Below, piece by piece: positions 59,282 to 64,000 of a DNA stretch of 64,000 nt. How positions within the stretch are numbered: the stretch's first letter is position 1; each line of letters begins with the position of its first letter. Origin of the DNA: Candidatus Hodarchaeota archaeon. GTDB taxonomy: Archaea > Asgardarchaeota > Heimdallarchaeia > Hodarchaeales > Hodarchaeaceae. Position numbers and translations under genes: made by a program. Where the stretch lies: NCBI GenBank assembly GCA_016840035.1, contig JAEOTC010000076.1, forward strand, positions 1 to 64,000, read 5' to 3'. The notes beneath the pieces were generated by a model. That model saw only the letters and a list, made by a program, of their open reading frames with translations, was not told the origin of the DNA and searched no databases.

Positions 59282-59842
59282 GTGAAAACATCAGAAATTG
59301 ATTTAACGACTGCATATCGTTTTATGTATCCACGATTTACAATTATTGTGTCATCAGGAACTCTTTCCAAACCAAATGCTTTAGCGGTCGCATGGTCAAC
59401 TCCTTTATCTGCAGATCCTCCTTTAATTGGCATTCTCATTGCAGAAAAACGATTTTCTTATGAAACAATTAAGGAAGGAATGTGTTTTGTCGTAAATATT
59501 CCAAATTATGATCTAATTGAAGAAACTCACTATGTAGGACGTATTTCTGGTCGTGATAAACCGAATAAAATCCTAGAAGCAGGATTAACCTTGGAAGCAT
59601 CGAATATGATAGCAGCTCCTCGTATAAAGGAGTGTAAAATTAATTTAGAATGTAAACTTGTAGATATCATTACTACAGGTGACCATGAAATGTTTATCGG
59701 AGAAATTGTCGATATCGCTGTTGATTCGAGCATTCGGGATGATTGGTCTTACGATGTAACAAAACATGAATCTATTTACTGGCGACAATCAAAATTTAGT
59801 TCTGATGTTTATCGATTGAATGTAAACCTTGAGGATGATTAA
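59282..59842 (+). CDS. Flavin reductase-like protein
   Basis: S.DPPLIG; FVVNIP; ISGRD; LEC; GDH.MFIGE. Confidence 0.88.
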   Translation: MKTSEIDLTTAYRFMYPRFTIIVSSGTLSKPNALAVAWSTPLSADPPLIGILIAEKRFSYETIKEGMCFVVNIPNYDLIEETHYVGRISGRDKPNKILEAGLTLEASNMIAAPRIKECKINLECKLVDIITTGDHEMFIGEIVDIAVDSSIRDDWSYDVTKHESIYWRQSKFSSDVYRLNVNLEDD

Positions 59843-59844
59843 TT

Positions 59845-60867
59845 TTGAACCAATCCCCATCTAAGCTGGTCGTAGAAGATCAAGAAATTTACTTCCAATC
59901 TGCTGAAAAAATGGAAAGTGTGGATTCTAATTCTGTTACTCTCGTTGTTACCTCTCCTCCCTATTGGAATGTAAGAGATTATGGCAATGAGCAGATAGGG
60001 TTTGGTCAAAGTTATAAAGAATATATCAACTCACTGAATAAAGTATGGAAGGAGTGTGAGCGGATTCTTCAGCCAAATGGAAAAATAGCTATCAATGTTC
60101 AACCATTACCAATAGATAGTAAACATTCTGGGTTTGGACGACGAATCATATTAAATATCATGTTTGATATCGAAAAATTTTTCCGTGAAAACCATTTCTA
60201 TTTATCTGGAATGCATTACTGGGATAAAGCTCCTTATATTTCTAATGTTTCCTGGGGTAGTTACCCTAAACCTACAAATATTGCATCAAACACAAGCTTT
60301 GAGCAGATTTTTGTATTCGTGAAGAAGGGGAAAACACGGAAGGTACCACCTTCGGTTATGCAAGAAAGCATCATATCCAAAGATGAGTGGAGGCATTTCG
60401 CCGTACGAGGAATTTGGGATGATATCGCACCTGTCATCAAAATTGACTCAAAAGGGGTCAACAGGTTTGGCCATTCTGCACCGTTTCCAGAAGAAATTCC
60501 ATACCGTCTAATAAAAATGCATACTGCTATCGGGGAAACAGTTCTCGACCCTTTTCTAGGATCAGGAACAACTTTGAAGGTTTGTCGCATAACTGGGAGA
60601 AAAGGGATTGGTTTCGAGATTAATCCCGAATATAGAGAGTTGATAAAGACACGAATCCTTGAAGATTGGCAGACACCGTTAATAGAATCGCAGTACAAAA
60701 CAATAGGGACAGGTCTTTTTTATGAAACTCTTCAGTACGTCTACAATAGGATGAAAAGTGATCCTATGGTACCCTTCAATGAAATATTATCCGAGCTCCA
60801 GAAAAAATTTCCAAAAAAGTATACAAAGTCCTGGATATCACATCTAAAAACAATATTGGAACAGTAA
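59845..60867 (+). CDS. Beta-class N4-C/N6-A DNA methyltransferase
   Basis: VTSPPY precedes H.APFP and VLDPFLGSGTT; GFEIN. Confidence 0.9.
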   Translation: MNQSPSKLVVEDQEIYFQSAEKMESVDSNSVTLVVTSPPYWNVRDYGNEQIGFGQSYKEYINSLNKVWKECERILQPNGKIAINVQPLPIDSKHSGFGRRIILNIMFDIEKFFRENHFYLSGMHYWDKAPYISNVSWGSYPKPTNIASNTSFEQIFVFVKKGKTRKVPPSVMQESIISKDEWRHFAVRGIWDDIAPVIKIDSKGVNRFGHSAPFPEEIPYRLIKMHTAIGETVLDPFLGSGTTLKVCRITGRKGIGFEINPEYRELIKTRILEDWQTPLIESQYKTIGTGLFYETLQYVYNRMKSDPMVPFNEILSELQKKFPKKYTKSWISHLKTILEQ

Positions 60868-61096
60868 GTAAGACATTCATTAATATTGAATGTTCTACAC
60901 AAAACCTATCTCTTTTTGGTAAATTCAACCCTATTCGGGGGATTTGAGAAATGATTTCTTATAACAAAAACAAGTCTGTGAGATGTGCACATCTACTATA
61001 CTATCCAATACCTGAACTGAACTTCATTTCATGAAGATCTCATATATGGAAAGTACACATCTTAGGTTAAATTAAATCCCAAAATAAACGATTAAG

Positions 61097-61144
61097 TTTA
61101 TAAAGATAAGGAATTTCATGGTATATGTCGATATATCTTCGACA
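61097..61144 (+). promoter_or_regulatory. TATA box and 5' inverted repeat of the histone gene
   Basis: TTTATAAA at 61097-61104; TGTCGA-n7-TCGACA at 61126-61144. Confidence 0.55.
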
Positions 61145-61171
61145 AATTTTTGAGAAAAGGTGAAAATAAAA

Positions 61172-61375
61172 ATGGCAGGATTTGCAAGTGCTCGCGTAGA
61201 GAAGCTTATTCGTAATGCTGGTGCCCGCCGTGTATCCGCAGGCGCAATTTCTCGTCTTAACGAAGTTTTAACTGACTATAGCATGAGTTTAGCTAAATAC
61301 GCAGTCGAAATTGCTCGTCACTCTGGTCGTAAGACCGTTAAGGAAAATGATGTTAAATTAGCCGCAACCAAATAA
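61172..61375 (+). CDS. Archaeal histone (HMf-like, tailless)
   Basis: ARVEKLIRNAGARRVS..A.HSGRKTV..DV; AGGTGA RBS before ATG 61172. Confidence 0.95.
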   Translation: MAGFASARVEKLIRNAGARRVSAGAISRLNEVLTDYSMSLAKYAVEIARHSGRKTVKENDVKLAATK

Positions 61376-61411
61376 AGGTTAATCTAATTAAATATCATAA
61401 AATCCTTTAAA

Positions 61412-61426
61412 CCCCCTTTTTTTTTT
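61412..61426 (+). terminator. Oligo-T terminator of the histone gene
   Basis: CCCCC followed by T10, about 40 nt after the stop. Confidence 0.6.
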
Positions 61427-61506
61427 AAAATAACAGATTGTATTTCCCTTTTTATATCAAAATAAGGCCGATACAAACTTAGAACATGAGATCTAATCCT
61501 GAATCA

Positions 61507-61920
61507 TTAATTTTCGATTGGTCGTTCCTCTCGAGGCACCGATTTGAGTTTTTCCGTTTGTAACTCTTGGATTCGATCTATTTCAGCCAATAAGTTGCGT
61601 ATGCTTGTGGGTTTCGTAAAAAAACCAATAGCTCCTGATTCAAGTGCCTCTTTTTCAACTCTCTTTTCTGCAGAAACGAATAAAACTTTAGCTTGAGGAG
61701 TTTTTTTCAATATTTCCTTCATTGCTACAAGTCCATCAAGTACGGGCATACGATAATCCATGATTATGATATCAGGTTTTATAGGCAACTCTGAAAACTT
61801 TTCAATAGCTTCCTTTCCGTTACTGGCACTATCAATTACATCATGACCTTCCATCATTAATAATTTGGAATAGATCATGAGTAGATCTCTCTCATCATCA
61901 ACTAAGAGAATGCGTGCCAT
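61507..61920 (-). CDS. Stand-alone response-regulator receiver
   Basis: LVDD; MDYRMP.LDG; SA; KP. Confidence 0.92.
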   Translation of the reverse strand: MARILLVDDERDLLMIYSKLLMMEGHDVIDSASNGKEAIEKFSELPIKPDIIIMDYRMPVLDGLVAMKEILKKTPQAKVLFVSAEKRVEKEALESGAIGFFTKPTSIRNLLAEIDRIQELQTEKLKSVPREERPIEN

Positions 61921-62109
61921 TATTAATCCTCTAAACGATTAGATTCATCAAATCAAATTGAATTTCCAGACAAAACCTTTCTAGCTGGTGATTTGTGTAG
62001 TAATTTCTATACTACCCCACCTTATTTATTAAACTCACTATATAAATTCAGATCTGCAAAATGAGGAATATCCACTCTTCAAACTGAAATCGCTCTAAAA
62101 ATTAAAAAT

Positions 62110-62709
62110 TTAAATTAGATCAAGAGCATCTTTCAATTGATCTTTCTCGCTATCTGTAAGTCCTTCTTTACTTGGGATTAACAGATCGGATTCTCCAGTT
62201 AGGGACATAGATATCTGAAGGGATTTATCAAGATAATATGTGGCTTTTTCTTCCATTTTTTTATGTTTATATGCTGCGGAAATGATGTATAAGCTTGTAG
62301 CAATCCCCTTAATATAGCCAATATCTTGAGTTACTTCCAAAGCTTCTTCAGTAAAATCAAATGCCTTGATGAAGTCTTTTCTCTCCATAGCTAAAACCCA
62401 TGCTAAATTCAGCAAGGCCTCAGCCGTCCCCTTCTTGTATTTGTGTACTCGCGCATTTGCAAGGGAGGTAGCAGTGATTTCAAGGAATTTCTCGAATGCA
62501 TTGTTCTTCCAATGGAGAATCCCTAATGCATTCTGTACATCGATTTCTGGTTGGACATAATCTAATTTGGCAGCCTCTTTGAGGGTCTCTTCCAAAAGTA
62601 ATATGGCTTTTGAATATGCACCATCTTCTGCAAGGGAAACAGACTTTTGTAATATCGCCTTGAACTTTTCGATTACCTTAGGATCGATTTTTTTCATATG
62701 GTCGGCCAT
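62110..62709 (-). CDS. TPR-repeat protein
   Basis: NALGI; ALLNLA; TSLYII repeats; start placed at ATG 62709. Confidence 0.78.
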   Translation of the reverse strand: MADHMKKIDPKVIEKFKAILQKSVSLAEDGAYSKAILLLEETLKEAAKLDYVQPEIDVQNALGILHWKNNAFEKFLEITATSLANARVHKYKKGTAEALLNLAWVLAMERKDFIKAFDFTEEALEVTQDIGYIKGIATSLYIISAAYKHKKMEEKATYYLDKSLQISMSLTGESDLLIPSKEGLTDSEKDQLKDALDLI

Positions 62710-62959
62710 TTTGCTCACTTTACGAGTTCTGTGAAGCAATCAGTAGCTTACTTCTGTATTCCTTTGCAATTCAGTGAAAATCGTCTGAAATCATTAATTG
62801 AATATTTTCATAGGACACTGCCTAAATAATATTTCCCATTGAAGTGATGACAAATACTCAAACAAGAAGTGTAATTCAGTGTAACATGAAATATTTTTGT
62901 TAATGTTTTATTTAACGGAATTAAGAACTTAAAATCTCTTATCTGAAGGGTAGTAAGGA

Positions 62960-63676
62960 ATGCAGTGTTCTCAACAGATTGTTTTAGGGCAATTTCTTAC
63001 CCGACCAAATCGATTTCTTGCCCAAGTTAGAATAGCTGATTCTCAACAAGAAGAATTAGCCCATGTTCCTGATCCTGGACGTTTGCGTGAGTTATTAATT
63101 CCGAATGCGGAAATTGTTCTAGAACAACATGATAATCCAAAGCGAAAGACTCGCTATTCATTGATTGGAGTAAAATATGGCTCTACATGGGTCAATATCG
63201 ATTCACAACTAAGTAATCGGCTTTTTAAAGAAGAATTTAAAACGATTACTCGGTATAGGAATTTTAAACTTATAAGACCAGAGTTTACTTTTCAAAATTC
63301 AAGAATTGATTTTCTCATGGAAAACCATTCAAATCCTTCAAAACCACAAAAAACACTCATCGAGGTAAAAAGTGCCACCTTAGTAAAAGATCATATTGCA
63401 ATGTTTCCAGATGCCCCAACAATAAGAGGCACACGCCATATAAAGGAATTAACTGAGGCATTATCCACTGGATATCAAGCCGAAATCGTTTTTATTACGA
63501 AACGGAACGATGCAAAGAATTTTACTCCTCATCGAGAGATGGATCCCCAATTTTATGCTGCTCTAGTAAAAGCAAAAAAAGCTGGGGTAAACTTATGTGC
63601 AATTCTCTGTAATTATGACCCCTTAGTAAAACATGAGCTCTCCATCTTAAAAGAAATTCCAATAATCGGAGTATGA
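62960..63676 (+). CDS. sfsA: SfsA nuclease-family protein
   Basis: RPNRF; HVPDPGRL.EL; SRIDF; IEVKS; FPDAPT.RG.RH. Confidence 0.93.
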   Translation: MQCSQQIVLGQFLTRPNRFLAQVRIADSQQEELAHVPDPGRLRELLIPNAEIVLEQHDNPKRKTRYSLIGVKYGSTWVNIDSQLSNRLFKEEFKTITRYRNFKLIRPEFTFQNSRIDFLMENHSNPSKPQKTLIEVKSATLVKDHIAMFPDAPTIRGTRHIKELTEALSTGYQAEIVFITKRNDAKNFTPHREMDPQFYAALVKAKKAGVNLCAILCNYDPLVKHELSILKEIPIIGV

Positions 63677-63874
63677 TTCGGTATTGACAAAACACAGTAA
63701 GGAAAACACAGTGCAATGAATTTTTTCTAAATCTCATTAATGTACATTTAATAATCTCTTGTTTAAGGAGATAAAAATCAAGGAAAACACTTTTCGAGTA
63801 TGAACTACTTAAATTGGAGCTTTTCTTAGATTTATAAAAAGGTAAATTTCTTGTTTTAATTGAAGGTTTTCCGA

Positions 63875-64000
63875 TTGTGGGAACACGTAATAGCACATGT
63901 AGATCTTGATGCCTTTTTTGCTGCTGTTCACATTAAAATTAACCCTTTTTTAAAGAATTATCCAGTAATTATTGGTTCTGATCCCCAGGCAGGAAAAGGC
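63875..64000 (+). CDS. dinB: Y-family DNA polymerase IV (DinB/Dpo4), N-terminal part truncated by the window; absent from the ORF track
   Basis: Manual translation from TTG 63875: [30 protein letters not shown]. Confidence 0.88.
   Translation, partial: MWEHVIAHVDLDAFFAAVHIKINPFLKNYPVIIGSDPQAGKG

Noticed and set aside
61160-61171. Histone N-terminal tail (MKIK extension)
   Set aside because: The GTG lies within the AGGTGA RBS; the real start is likely ATG 61172, so the histone is tailless
59845-63676. Restriction-modification pair of the MTase and SfsA
   Set aside because: Separated by unrelated genes; SfsA is a widespread stand-alone family
498-63896. Many 60-145 aa ORFs antisense to or nested in long genes (e.g. 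2647-2865, 22650-23045, 34210-34638, 44211-44609, 60261-60698, 63522-63896)
   Set aside because: Shadow frames of well-supported genes with no recognisable motifs
1-64000. tRNA/rRNA genes, CRISPR arrays, IS elements, proviral genes
   Set aside because: No cloverleaf-like GC-rich segments, spaced repeats, transposase or integrase motifs were seen by eye; small ncRNAs cannot be excluded

Overview
AT-rich, gene-dense archaeal chromosome segment, most consistent with an Asgard archaeon (Heimdallarchaeia/Hodarchaeales-like). This is inferred from gene content: an archaeal histone, the archaeal PoK/PPS CoA pathway and short XPF occur alongside Rab- and Arf-like GTPases and longin, roadblock, TPR and HEAT proteins. 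About 58 CDS were seen, with no tRNA, rRNA, CRISPR array or mobile element. Housekeeping genes include asnS, a five-gene CoA cluster, nfo, sfsA, partial dinB, a heterodimeric ABC exporter, two M42 peptidases and sugar-nucleotide genes. The most notable items are: (1) an HTH + coiled-coil + polyproline + zinc-ribbon protein preceded by a repeated, palindromic operator-like site, a candidate DNA-to-actin adaptor; (2) a small-GTPase/longin toolkit made of a Rab plus longin-roadblock operon, an Arf-longin fusion and an MFS transporter-longin fusion; (3) a complete arvABC/oapABC operon; (4) an isopentenyl-phosphate-kinase/RNase Z-like fusion; (5) a HEAT + tandem winged-helix protein reminiscent of UFL1/DDRGK1, next to XPF. 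All family calls come from motif recognition by eye; no searches were run.
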